A DNA stretch of 64,000 bases from an uncultured Nitrososphaeraceae archaeon. Lineage in GTDB: Archaea; Thermoproteota; Nitrososphaeria; Nitrososphaerales; Nitrososphaeraceae. Each line of letters starts with the position of its first letter. The first letter of the stretch is position 1. The DNA lies in contig CAVZZA010000005.1 of the NCBI GenBank assembly GCA_963779615.1, forward strand, positions 608,001 through 672,000. Direction: 5' to 3'. This document shows positions 21,853 to 33,041 of this stretch, piece by piece. The notes beneath the pieces are model-generated. The model was not told the DNA's origin, ran no database searches, and was given only the letters and a program-made list of their open reading frames with translations. The translations under genes and the position numbers were made by a program.

Positions 21853-23190
21853 CTAAGTTATTGGCTCCTTAATTTTCAAGAGCCTAAAAGACAGTACAAA
21901 AACCAGGAATATGAAGCCAGCAGAAATCAGGAAATTGGATACCCCAATTGAATTATACAGCAACCCCCCTACAACCAATCCAATAATGCTAGCCAGGCTT
22001 CCAATGCTACTCGCAACACCCTGAACCGCCCCCTGATGAGTGGTCCCTGCAAACCGTGTGAGTATGGACATGAAAGATGGCCACATAAGGCCATTTCCTA
22101 ATGCAAACAGTATCACAGCCCCGAAAATCAATACAATGTTATCAGAGACAAAAAGGGTAAAATTTACACCCAAAATCAGGCTGCCAATTATGACCAGTTT
22201 CTCCTCAGAGAATTTTTGCAATGCTTTTCGCAGAACCGGTCCCTGAACCAAAATCATGACACCACCCAACACCGAATAAAATATCCCCATTTGCGTTATC
22301 GACCATTTCAGCCCGGCTACCGCATGAATTGGAAATGATGTGTAATAGATGTTAAATCCAAGGAAAATAAAGAAATACAACAGAAGCAAAAACGAAATGT
22401 GTTTTAGCTTGAAGACATCCTGGAATTTAAGGTTGGCAGGGTTTGGGGTTTTGTAGCATTCTTTGACCTCACATGAAAAAGCCTTTCTGATACTGTGTTG
22501 TTCGGGAATGGGTATTTCATCTACCGCTGACGCTGATCCTGCATTCGATTTTGACTCTTTTAAGGTGAGGCCGATTACGACCAATGCAATCAAGGAAACA
22601 ACCGTGGCTGCCACCACAGGCAAAATTTCCTTATAAATTGTTCCACCTAAAATCCCCGCCAACGCGGGACCTACAATAAATCCAAGGTTAGAGGAGATTG
22701 CCATTTTTCCAAAGTTTTTGCTTCTGTTTTTATCTGTTGAAACGTCGGCAAGATAGGCATTGGCAACGGAAATATTGCCCCCAGTTAACCCATCCAGAGA
22801 CCTAGCAAAAAACAATACAACTAATGGAAGGGTTATGGCAAACGTCCCAATAACGGAAGAGCTAATGCTAAAAAGGCTCGTGACAGGCAAAAAAAATGCA
22901 AAAAGGAAAATCAACCAGCCAACCAATGTTCCACCGTTACTCACTAAAAGAACTTTTTTTCTTCCGTAATCATCAGACCATTTTCCCAAAATTGGAGCCC
23001 CAACAAGCTGAAACAAAGGATACATCGCGGCAAGTATCCCATAAACTATTGAGTTGCCTCCAAAATCAATTACTAAAAATACCATAAAGGGTAAAACAAT
23101 ACTAAAACCCAGGGTTCCAATAAAGTTAGACAATAACAAAGGAAAAAGCGAAAGTTGTTTGTTTATAATGGACACATTTAAGTAAATCAC
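21853..23190 (-). CDS. MFS transporter (TetA/DHA1-like)
   Basis: GKWSDDYGRKKVLL, RSLDGLTGGNISVANAYLADVS, GFIVGPALAG; ~12 TM. Confidence 0.9.
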   Translation of the reverse strand: MIYLNVSIINKQLSLFPLLLSNFIGTLGFSIVLPFMVFLVIDFGGNSIVYGILAAMYPLFQLVGAPILGKWSDDYGRKKVLLVSNGGTLVGWLIFLFAFFLPVTSLFSISSSVIGTFAITLPLVVLFFARSLDGLTGGNISVANAYLADVSTDKNRSKNFGKMAISSNLGFIVGPALAGILGGTIYKEILPVVAATVVSLIALVVIGLTLKESKSNAGSASAVDEIPIPEQHSIRKAFSCEVKECYKTPNPANLKFQDVFKLKHISFLLLLYFFIFLGFNIYYTSFPIHAVAGLKWSITQMGIFYSVLGGVMILVQGPVLRKALQKFSEEKLVIIGSLILGVNFTLFVSDNIVLIFGAVILFALGNGLMWPSFMSILTRFAGTTHQGAVQGVASSIGSLASIIGLVVGGLLYNSIGVSNFLISAGFIFLVFVLSFRLLKIKEPIT

Positions 23191-24020
23191 AGGTTTTAAT
23201 TTAAGAGTTTTTTAATGACGGTGCAAAGCGAATTGTGGATTTTAAGAATCGAATGTTCTGAACACGGAATGAATTGGGTCAGGATTGTCAAACTATTTGA
23301 AAGTAGTTTCATAGCCTGTCCTGCATTTTTTCACACCGAATGTATTGATTGCATAAAATAACGCTATTGCGCATGTTCCGATGTTAATGTGTGAAGGTGT
23401 TTAGAAGGCAGCATTACCATTTAGGGATTTAGAGAACCCATGATTCTAGGCAGAGGCAGTTTGGTTAAAAAAAGGTTTCCAGAATGGAAGGTGTTTGATT
23501 GATTTGTGACTGAGGCTGCTGCTGCTGCTGTGCTATTGCAATCTGGCAGTTATTTGAGCCGATTTCAAATACTGAAATGATAGTCGCAAAAATCATGAAA
23601 ACAAAGATTGCTGAAAAACGCGATGAATAAACCAGGCTCATCTCAACATTCATCAGGGATTAACCATAGACCTGCATATATGTAAGGCCATAAAACACGT
23701 CAATGCTGTGTCATAAGATAATATCACCTATGCGCTCTTTCTATATGCATTATCTGGATTAAAAGACAGTAGAAGATGAATATAAAATTGTATCCGGGTG
23801 TAGAACCAAATCCGATATCTCTACTTAATCTCGGTAACCATAAGGTAACATGCCTAAACCCAGTCCTGTGCCTTTGCCCCCCCCTGTTGTAAAAAACGGT
23901 TCAAATGTGCGTGGTTGGACATTGTGGAATGTCTTGGCCATTGCCAGCTATTTCAACTATGATGTGATCCCAACAGAAATGCGTAATTACTGGAATCGGC
24001 ATTAATATACTGTACCAAAA

Positions 24021-24305
24021 TTGCTAGTGAAAGTAAACAGCATTAACGAAGGTGAGCACAAGGCAATGGTTACAATGCTTGATATTGATGATTACGGAAC
24101 AATAGTCCCATTGGATAATCTGGAACTTAACCTACCATTAAACGATAACTCAGTTATTCACATATTGAAAAATTCTGTGTATGCGGCCATTTTCACTGAA
24201 GGTGATTTTATCAACAAAGACGCAACCATAATCCTGGCAAACGGCATCACAATTGATGAGCTCAATGAGGAAAAAAATAAAACCATAGAAAGAAAAAGGA
24301 ATTAA
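24021..24305 (+). CDS. hypothetical protein
   Basis: 94-aa ORF of normal composition; TATA-like TTAATATA just upstream. Confidence 0.55.
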   Translation: MLVKVNSINEGEHKAMVTMLDIDDYGTIVPLDNLELNLPLNDNSVIHILKNSVYAAIFTEGDFINKDATIILANGITIDELNEEKNKTIERKRN

Positions 24306-24384
24306 ATAGCCTTAGCATTGAAATTTATCCACCCCACTCGTTATAGCACATCATTCCTGGCAAAAACCTGATTTTTGCAATCTA

Positions 24385-25342
24385 TTGAAATTCTATATCC
24401 ATGTAAAACAAATAACACGCATAATGAAATTTAACAGCGTTATAACATTATCCGCTATAGCAATTTTGTTCCTTTTTGCAATATTCGAAACAAGGGCTTT
24501 TGAAGCATTTGGACAAGCAGAAAACAAAACGTTTGATATTGCCGCTGTTGGGGATATTGGTTGTGGTGGCAACGGAGCAAAATCAACATCATCAATACAA
24601 AACAATGCACCGGATTTATCCATATTTTTGGGAGATCTTTCTTACACATCAGACCTAAAGTGTTTTTTTACTCAAACCAAAGGTTTAGAGAACAATAACG
24701 CAGGGAGTTCGGTTTTAGCAGTAATTGGCAATCATGACACAGACAGTCGTGATGGAAGTGAAGTAACAAAAAAAGAGTTAATGGATCATTACAGAATACC
24801 CTCAGCAGGGTACTATAGCAAAACGTTTGACAATGGCAAGATTCTTGTCGTAGGTATGAATTTTACGGGTTTGGAATTAGAAAATGGTGGAGACAGTGCA
24901 GACTAAAAACACACTAGACAACGAGCAATATGCTTTTGTAAAAAAAACACTAGAAACATCCAACGCAACATTTAAAGTTATTGCAAGCCATGCGCCGTTT
25001 ATTTCGAAATTTTTTACACCGATTCCCTGTCACAGATCTTTGGAGATATTGGATAATGTTATTTTTACCAAGTATCAGGGCCTTTTTAAAAACACCGGAG
25101 TAAAACTGGTTTTGTCAGGACATAACCACAACTACCAAAGGGCCGAAAAAGACGGTGTCACGTATATCACTAGTGGACTTGGCGGAAGGAGCCAATACAA
25201 CGTAGCACAAAACGGGAGCCATTTTGCGGATGTCTATGGATCCCTGCATTTGACTTTTAACAATAGCTCAATGGATGGAAAGTTAATTCCCAATACCGGA
25301 ACCAACATTAAGGACCCATTTAAAATAGCACTATCAAGTTAA
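24385..25342 (+). CDS. secreted calcineurin-like metallophosphoesterase, frameshifted at ~24900
   Basis: Signal peptide, GDIG, GDLSY, GNHD, then HAP and SGHNHNYQR in ORF 24884..25342. Confidence 0.85.
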
Positions 25343-25780
25343 ATAAGACAAATCTTTTATTTTTTTATGCGGACATGTACATTTTTTTCTTCAAAGCCAT
25401 CAGCTTTAAAATACAATCAACAGCGAAAAAAATTTTTAAACTTTCCTATACCAAATAACATCCACACAATTTACAAAACTAACTTTATGTAAGAATATAG
25501 TCATCCATGCCATACTACAACATACAGACAACAGTCCTCTGATACCCCAAAATAAACCAAAATACAAATTCAAAATGCATTACTAATGTATGGAATATGC
25601 ACAGATGGGGCAATTTTAGATTTCAGGCAAACACCATATACACAACACCTTTTTTTGCTTTTTTATGCAATTATGCACAAATAAGAATGTCCCTTTGATG
25701 ATAACAGTTACATTTGCCTTTAGCGTAGGACTGCCCGGTGCCCCAGTTCGGCCATCCTTTAATCACACCATCCAGTAAAA

Positions 25781-26374
25781 TCATGCACCGGTTTTTTCCT
25801 CCTGCGAACCAAAAGGGGAGTATGCCAGAAAGTAGAAAGCAGGGTGAAGCGACAAACCCATTATTTTATCGGGTTTCACCTTTAATATGATGCGTTTGTC
25901 TTTTGGCTTTCGGTAAAAATACTTTCCAAAGCCCAGGTATTTCTGGGCAAGGGTTCGAAGGTGTTCATCCGCACCGATGGAAGTTTGCTCAATGACTCGC
26001 CCCTTTATCGACACCATGTTATAGGGATTGTATTGCTCCACTATGGAAATTGCAATTCTGGGATCTTTGTCCAAATGTCTTTTTTTTGCCGATATTTCAG
26101 AAGTATTTATCAAAATATTATTTTCCTCATCCATGTCCGACCATACCGGAGTAACATGCGGGGAGCCATCAGCGGACAAGGTAGATACAAAAGCCAAATT
26201 CCGGCCCTTAAACAATTTAGAGATGTCATCAACAGATATGGTGTTGTAATCCTCAGAAGCATGCTCCCCCTTCCCCCCATTTTCTCCATCCGAAGGTGCC
26301 TCATTTACGTTTGGCATGGAGTCCACTATCTCCACATGGTCAACAGGAATCCTTTTGTTTTCATTATTCATCAT
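25781..26374 (-). CDS. PPOX class F420-dependent oxidoreductase
   Basis: LAFVSTLSADGSPHVTPVW, KKRHLDKDPRIAISI, VSIKGRV. Confidence 0.88.
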   Translation of the reverse strand: MMNNENKRIPVDHVEIVDSMPNVNEAPSDGENGGKGEHASEDYNTISVDDISKLFKGRNLAFVSTLSADGSPHVTPVWSDMDEENNILINTSEISAKKRHLDKDPRIAISIVEQYNPYNMVSIKGRVIEQTSIGADEHLRTLAQKYLGFGKYFYRKPKDKRIILKVKPDKIMGLSLHPAFYFLAYSPFGSQEEKTGA

Positions 26375-27005
26375 ACTGAAAAATGTTTAAAGTTTTATTT
26401 AAGGTAGCCACCATCAGAACCACCACCCCCCCCAAGGGAGCTGCCATTATTTGAGTTGCGGATTGAAAAAATGTCCGCAATTTGCGTAATGCAAACATTG
26501 ATCACCATATAACTTTTCACGGTGTACTCAAGGATGCTTTTGATGTTTTATAGGGGTATTCTAATGAATGAACCAGGATCAAACTATACCTGATATTTTT
26601 TTGGAAACCCCCTTTTTTTGTTCAATTAAAAGGTTTGCCGATTCTGCAAAGGCATCACGATGCACTATTTGTGAACATTTATTAAATTGATAATATTCGT
26701 GTTCTTATTTATTGCATAAAGTCAATTGGATTCTGGTTATTTGAAGCGCTAGTGTAACCTTCAAGCGGTTTTTGCCTGCATGTTGGTTTCCGTTATCACC
26801 ATTCGACGTAATGCCTTTTTTTCATCAATCATTTAGCTAAACTGTGGTCATACCCATTTTTAAAAACACAGCAAGGATAAAGCCCACCCCTTTTTTTAAA
26901 AAAAATAACATCCAAGCCAATACCAAAATAAAGTATGTTTATGGGCACGGCAATTCCTCGCACCCCACAAAAGGAAAAAGTCATTAGCCCAACAGGGAAC
27001 AAAGA

Positions 27006-27293
27006 CTAAAAGTTATCGCCGAAATTCCTCATTCGAGAATCGACATCTTCTTGGGGACTCACTCCGGTGTCATGCTTATGTTCATTTTTGTGAACCCGCG
27101 CATCCATTTCTTTTTCGTGCTCCTCACGCACATGATGCAACCTATCTTTTTCATGGAGGAATTGTTTTTCACATTTACTGCATTTTAAAATTATGCTATG
27201 ATGCACATTTCTTGCATGGTCAATAAGTTCTTTGTATGTATCAAATTTTTCGCCGTCCTTATCACACTCAATTTTTTTATGAAAAAAATCCAC
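27006..27293 (-). CDS. C2H2-type zinc finger protein
   Basis: CDKDGEKF...HARNVH and CSKCEKQF...HVREEH. Confidence 0.75.
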   Translation of the reverse strand: MDFFHKKIECDKDGEKFDTYKELIDHARNVHHSIILKCSKCEKQFLHEKDRLHHVREEHEKEMDARVHKNEHKHDTGVSPQEDVDSRMRNFGDNF

Positions 27294-27722
27294 GAGTCTA
27301 GTATTGAAAAGATGCTATTTAATTCTTTTATCAAATAAAATGTCCCCCAAAAGCGTCGAGTTTGTTTATTATTTGGTTTGATTAACCTTTTTTTGCCATA
27401 TTATGACGATTTGTGCCAAATACGCATGATCAGTCACAATATTTTGAAGCCATACTTTTTTTTGACAGGACTACAACCAAATCCTCTAAACGCTTATCAA
27501 ATGGGTGGTATGCACACATAATTCTTGGTTTGCCTGTTTTAAATTTTTGTTATAGAGTTGAGATTTACTATGCGTTCTCACCTCTATATCCAGTTCTAAA
27601 CTTCTTTCTGATCCTTACATTCTAAACCTCTTCTTTCATTTTATAATCCGTTATTCTTAGGAAGACTAATGGGAGTTGTTAAAACGCATGCATAAAAAAA
27701 CAAATGAAATTATAAACACCAC

Positions 27723-28279
27723 TCAAAAAACTTTGGAATTTAACATGGGATTTAATGCATGCATTTGAAATCGGCCAGTATTGTCAACAAACACTAAATC
27801 ACAAATCTTGTTGCTTCTGGCAAGGACAGCTTCTATGGTCATCTTGTCATCGGAATCTAGTTCGTTGTAAGAGAACACTCTCCCTAACTCCCCGTTAACT
27901 GCAACTGGGGCCGCTTCTTTAACCACATCTTTCTCATCAGACGATTCATTGGATAGTTTTTTATCCACAAATTCCTTCAGGCCAATGTTAATATCAGGCA
28001 TTATCACAGATGTGGCGCCAAAATCTCGGCCCTTAAATTCCAAGATAGGGCTTTGATTGGAATCATTCAAAGAGTTGATCGATTTTACGCTCCTATCGGC
28101 AGGAAAATCGATACTGAATTTGTGTTCTGGGCCTGTGAAAGCTTCTTCCACTCCCCGTCCTCATCAACAACAGCATTAACTGTTTTCCATGTCGGAAGCG
28201 CGCCTTCTCCCCATCCTCCGCACACTATTATAGATGACACAGATATTATTGAAATAACTATTATCATTTTTGATATCAC
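27723..28279 (-). CDS. secreted PsbP-like protein, frameshifted at ~28150
   Basis: Signal peptide in ORF 28085..28279 joins FTGPEHKFSIDFPAD...VNGELG...MLNS in ORF 27723..28151. Confidence 0.55.
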
Positions 28280-28684
28280 AATGCGCCACCATCCCTATAA
28301 AAAATCTTTTATACAACCTTGCCAATGCGAACACCCAGGTTTTGGGCCCTTCTGGAGGTTTCCAATGGCTGGCAAATTTATTTAAAGGGCATCCCATCGT
28401 TTTGTTTTTTCTACAACATTCTAATACACGGAGGATTGCGCTTTTAGCGATGCATCACTAATACCCACTACGGAATCAAATCCTTATTGACGATACCAAA
28501 ATCAACATCATAAAAATGTCTTTTTGCAGATAACTTCAAGTTATCCAATAGTATGGAACAACCATACAAATACAAATTCATTAAAAATGTAAAGAAATGG
28601 TCGGAACAAGTGAGCAAGTGAGGCATTGAAATACGAAGGCAATAGGAACCCCATATTCAATTTTAGAGATTGCGGTTTTCAGAC

Positions 28685-29203
28685 TCACTCATCTTTGGCT
28701 GTTGGGTGCCAAACATTAACAAGGGTATTATTGTTCCTTTCACTGACAAGATCCCTCCAACTTTTTACCTTTACATCTATTTGAGCAAGAGAACACGTCT
28801 TCATCATTTCTATCATATTTGTTAGTTTTTCAACCAAATCTTCAACTGCGGGGTTGTGTCCAACAATCAGGACCCTGCGATAATTATCAGGAACAACACT
28901 TAGAACTTTAACATATTGTTCTGCCGAGGCTTGGTATAACAGCGAATCATGATTTATTTCCCCCTCATATCCACAAAATTCTGCAACGGTTTTAGCGGTA
29001 TCTACTGCTCGTTTGGCAGTAGAGCTTATGATATAATCGGGAACAAGGTGAAGTTCCTTCAACAATATCCCCATTTCAGGGCCCTGTTTTTTTCCGCGTT
29101 TGTTAAGGGGCCTCTCATGGTCAGGTATGTCACCATATTTTAAACTAGATTTTGCGTGTCTAAGTACAAGAAGAACTTTTTTTTTGTCGTCAGTTAATGG
29201 CAT
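28685..29203 (-). CDS. sixA: SixA-like phosphohistidine phosphatase
   Basis: LRHAKS, DHERPLNKRG, SSTAKRAVDTA, LIVGHNP. Confidence 0.88.
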   Translation of the reverse strand: MPLTDDKKKVLLVLRHAKSSLKYGDIPDHERPLNKRGKKQGPEMGILLKELHLVPDYIISSTAKRAVDTAKTVAEFCGYEGEINHDSLLYQASAEQYVKVLSVVPDNYRRVLIVGHNPAVEDLVEKLTNMIEMMKTCSLAQIDVKVKSWRDLVSERNNNTLVNVWHPTAKDE

Positions 29204-29515
29204 CTAGTCTAATCACAAAATAAAACATCATCACTCTAATATACAATGCGATTTGGTTGATGTAAACATTTGAGCATGAATATTTTATCATGATTCACCA
29301 CGATGTTTTTTGCGATTCGATTTGCAAGCCAGGAGTTAGAGTTTTCATTTCTTTTTTCTCCTTTTTAGATGTGAAAAAAAGTTTTTCGTCATGCTTTTCC
29401 ATTTAAGGGGATAAGGCAAATTGTTAAAAAACGGGCACCATTCAGCCTCATCTACCATATCATCAGGTATAAAAAATAATTTTTGGAAATAAAAACAAGT
29501 AAACGAATTGATTAA

Positions 29516-29995
29516 CTACATCATTATCCTTTTGTTGATTTCATCAACAAGAAAATTTATTTCTTTTACATGCTTTCCGCTCCAGTAAATTTTTTGGCAA
29601 TTAACGCATTTAAAGAATATGTCGATACTTTCAAATACTTTTCTAGGAACGACATTTGCCAAAAGTGACGAATCTGAAACGGTTTCTAGATCCCCATTGC
29701 ATAGTGTGCATCTTGTGTTTTTATTTGGAACATGTAAAATACAGCCAATGTCACATTCTTTCATTACTGCAACCAGGCTTTCCAATTCATTTTCCAAATC
29801 AATTAGAAAACAGGGAATGTTTGATTTAAGAGATCTTTTGTAAAGTTCCCTGTCTTTTGTTAAAAAAAATCGTTTCTCATCCAAGCAAATATTAATTATG
29901 GCGTTATCATCAGTGTCCGCAAAATAAAGGGTGTCAAAACCAAACATTCTTAGCTTTTTTGCAATTTTCCCAAGCATTCCATCTACTGCAAATTT
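29516..29995 (-). CDS. Mut7-C RNase domain protein (PIN-like plus Zn ribbon)
   Basis: KFAVDGMLGKIAKKLRMFGFDT, LTKDREL, RCTLCNG, CVNCQKIYWSGKH; the true start lies upstream of the ORF-track start. Confidence 0.88.
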   Translation of the reverse strand, partial: KFAVDGMLGKIAKKLRMFGFDTLYFADTDDNAIINICLDEKRFFLTKDRELYKRSLKSNIPCFLIDLENELESLVAVMKECDIGCILHVPNKNTRCTLCNGDLETVSDSSLLANVVPRKVFESIDIFFKCVNCQKIYWSGKHVKEINFLVDEINKRIMM

Positions 29996-30521
29996 TGGAT
30001 ATACGCTAACTAATACAAGGCACAGAATTAAACCTGCTGTTCTATGGCAAACGATATTTTTGCAGGATTTGTAAAATAAACCAACAAGATAAGAAGAATG
30101 TCACTACGAAAAAGAATTGCGAATACACATCCTGCAGCTATTGAAAAAAGGCATCAAATAAAGTTCGGACCACTTTGCCTTGATCTATAGTAAATCAAAC
30201 AATAGAACAATTTCTAAAGGGTCTTGAAAACTTGGTGTAAAGCCCTAATGGCCAATTGATATTTTAAAAAATTGTGGTGATGCCTTCATGTATTAACTTT
30301 ATGCAAATGTGACCATTCCAGGTCTGCGCATTTTAGCCATTGAATCGCTTTTTCCAAAACAAAAATTTGAAATAAAAGTTCATCAATATATATTTTTTTT
30401 AGTTTTCACTGCAGGGTTCATTTGGTGGTGACGAGACGGGCAAAGATGGCATGCAAACAACAGGCTCTATTTTACAATTGGGGAACATCACCCATGGAAA
30501 ATCTTTATAGAATATATTAAC

Positions 30522-32747
30522 ATGGATAGAAAAAAAGTATTATTGAAGACCCTGTATTTTTTCCTGGCAGTAGCCATTGCGATAATCGCAGTAAACTACA
30601 TCATCATTTCCGCTGACTCGGGCATCAAAATAATCTACTCAAGCTGGGTACTGATAATAAATTCCCTTATTGCAGCAGGGCTTTCTGTGATGACTCTCCT
30701 AAAGGAAAGAGGCAAAATCAAAAGGGACAAAACCACAATTCACTTGACATTTGCCCTTGTCTTCTGGTTTCTAGCAAACATAATCTGGGGGTATTATGAA
30801 ATAGTGCTTGATATCGTATCGCCTGTTCCTTCCCTTGCTGATCTATTCTTGTTGTCTGCATACGGATTTGCGATATATAGACTGGCAATAACATATAAAA
30901 ATCTCGAACACAATGCGGATAAAAAAATTATTTTCCTCATAGTTTTAGGCACGGGTTTGTTTTTGGCATACATACTTAACCTGACCCTAAACCTAACTGA
31001 AACGTCAAGTTTCAGGGGCCTTATGCTCTTCGCTGTCACAATAGCATATCCCACGCTAAATTCAATTTTGACCGTTCTGGCTTTGATGATCCTTTTTGAA
31101 ATAAAGAGTGAAAGGCATCACTTTGTCCCGTGGATATGCGAGCTGGTTGCATTTTTATCAGTAGTTGTGGGAGACAGCTGGTTTGCAATCATTGTTCTAA
31201 CTACCAATGTTGAACAATTGTGGATCTCTGCGTTGTTACTGTCTGCACACTATTTGTTGATTGCAGGAGGGCTTGTGTATTACCTCCGGCATCATATTGA
31301 ATGGCATCCAAAGGATCTTGTTTACAAGGCTGTGTCGATGATAAGAAAGAGAGCCCCCAAAAAGGTCCTGCTTTATTCCCTCATAGTTGGATCTTTTTTG
31401 ATATTTGTTGGCATGTATTCCACAAATGCTTTCAGCGGTAACGGTGATAACCATTTCATCAATAAAAGGGCATCCGACATTCAGGCCTCTTTCTCATCCT
31501 CAAACCATGGCAATGGAGGAAAGGAATTTGTTGTTGGGGCCATTCTGCCCTTTACTGGCTCATTTTCCTCAATAGGCAAACCTGTCAAGGTAGCGTTAGA
31601 AAAAGCTGAATATGACGTGAACAAGCATTTCCAGGATGCAAATTCACCAGTCCGTTTTAATTTGCTCATGGCTGACTCAAAGACAAGTTCAGAGGAGAGT
31701 CTTGCATCGGTAAAAAAACTGCATGAGAGTGGTGCAAAAATCATTGTGGGGCCGGCAACAAGCACTGCAGTTTCAGCAGCAAAAGAGTATGCAGATAAAA
31801 ACAACATAACACTGATTAGTTATTCCAGCACTTCGCCATTGCTTTCCATAGAGGGAGACAATCTCTTTCGCTTGGTTCCAGATGACACATACCAGGGAAA
31901 AATAATTGCCGAGAGAATGATTCAAGATGGCATAAAAGTCATTGTTCCACTTTATAGAGGCGACATTTATGGAAGTGAGCTGTATAAATCCACAAAGTCT
32001 CATTTTGAAAAATTAGGAGGGAAAGTAGAAGCGGGTGTGAACTATAAACCCCATACGGGGAACTTTGCCACCAGTCTGCACCGAATAAATTTCATAATGT
32101 GGAACCAGGAATTAAAAAAACTAAGCGCCATTGTCTCTGACTCGGCAAAAAAATACGGATCCAATTCTGTTGGAGTGTATGTAGTGTCCTATGACGAAAT
32201 AGCGCCTATTTTAATCCAGGCGCCTCTTTTTGAAAGCCTAGGGAAAGTAAGATGGTATGGCAGTGACAGCATAGCACAAAACCACCAGGTGACAAAGAAT
32301 GTTGATGCGGCACTTTTTGCAATGCAGACCCATCTTGCGAATCCGCTGTTCTCGATAGACAGTGAAGCAGGGAAAACACAGGACCTAAAAAAGGCGCTGG
32401 CTAGGGATTTGCATGAAGTAGGCTCAATAACATATCCTGCAACAGCCTATGATTCCTATTGGATAGCCTCGCTGAGCCTTTATAATAATGATACCTTGAA
32501 CAACAACAACAACAACAATAAAGACAGTTCAGCCAAATCTTTTAACGAGATCGTGGGTGAAACCGCAGATTCATTTGATGGCATATCAGGCAAGGTAAAA
32601 CTCAACAGCGCAGGTGACCGTGTCGGCGGAAATTATGATTTTTGGGTTGTTGGCAGAGACAACGACACTCAAAGTTACGAATGGGAAAGAGAACACAGTC
32701 TTGAAACAGCAAAACAATGCCTTGTCGGATCCCATGCCCCCTGCTAG
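30522..32747 (+). CDS. multi-pass membrane domain fused to a type I (LivJ/Venus-flytrap) substrate-binding domain
   Basis: ~9 TM helices with PSLADLFLLSAY; C-terminal VGAILPFTGSFS, IIVGPATS, LISYSSTSPLLS, LFRLVPDD, AYDSYW, FDGISGKVKLNSAGDR. Confidence 0.85.
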   Translation: MDRKKVLLKTLYFFLAVAIAIIAVNYIIISADSGIKIIYSSWVLIINSLIAAGLSVMTLLKERGKIKRDKTTIHLTFALVFWFLANIIWGYYEIVLDIVSPVPSLADLFLLSAYGFAIYRLAITYKNLEHNADKKIIFLIVLGTGLFLAYILNLTLNLTETSSFRGLMLFAVTIAYPTLNSILTVLALMILFEIKSERHHFVPWICELVAFLSVVVGDSWFAIIVLTTNVEQLWISALLLSAHYLLIAGGLVYYLRHHIEWHPKDLVYKAVSMIRKRAPKKVLLYSLIVGSFLIFVGMYSTNAFSGNGDNHFINKRASDIQASFSSSNHGNGGKEFVVGAILPFTGSFSSIGKPVKVALEKAEYDVNKHFQDANSPVRFNLLMADSKTSSEESLASVKKLHESGAKIIVGPATSTAVSAAKEYADKNNITLISYSSTSPLLSIEGDNLFRLVPDDTYQGKIIAERMIQDGIKVIVPLYRGDIYGSELYKSTKSHFEKLGGKVEAGVNYKPHTGNFATSLHRINFIMWNQELKKLSAIVSDSAKKYGSNSVGVYVVSYDEIAPILIQAPLFESLGKVRWYGSDSIAQNHQVTKNVDAALFAMQTHLANPLFSIDSEAGKTQDLKKALARDLHEVGSITYPATAYDSYWIASLSLYNNDTLNNNNNNNKDSSAKSFNEIVGETADSFDGISGKVKLNSAGDRVGGNYDFWVVGRDNDTQSYEWEREHSLETAKQCLVGSHAPC

Positions 32748-32791
32748 AAAAAAAGGGTTTTACCATGCAAACAGGTAGTAGCGGTGATGTA

Positions 32792-32920
32792 GATGGTGGG
32801 TGTGGCAGCAGGCAACAACATCAAGAACACTGTTTTTCCCTTCATGATCATCCCTTAGAATAGCAAAAGGTTTAGTTGCAGGCTGTTTTGGCAGCAGGTT
32901 CTTTTCATTGACAACAAAAA
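32792..32920. repeat. intergenic ~130-bp imperfect direct repeat, copy A (copy B 34862-34990)
   Basis: Shared blocks ATCAAGAACA, ATCCCTT, AATAGCAAAA, TTTAGTTGCA, TGTTTTGGCAGCAGGTTCT. Confidence 0.75.
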
Positions 32921-33041
32921 AGCGCTCAAGTTGTTAACCCTTGTTTTCTTGCAGAATATGCCTTCAATCTCCGCAACGCATAAAATTCACAATTCACGGA
33001 TGAAAAAATCAAATGTGAGCCACAAGCCAGCTCGGAAATTC

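Noticed and set aside
23250-23653. Signal peptide plus poly-Gln ORF (23465..23653)
   Set aside because: Looks like the start of a secreted protein, but downstream frames are full of stops and I cannot name the relic.
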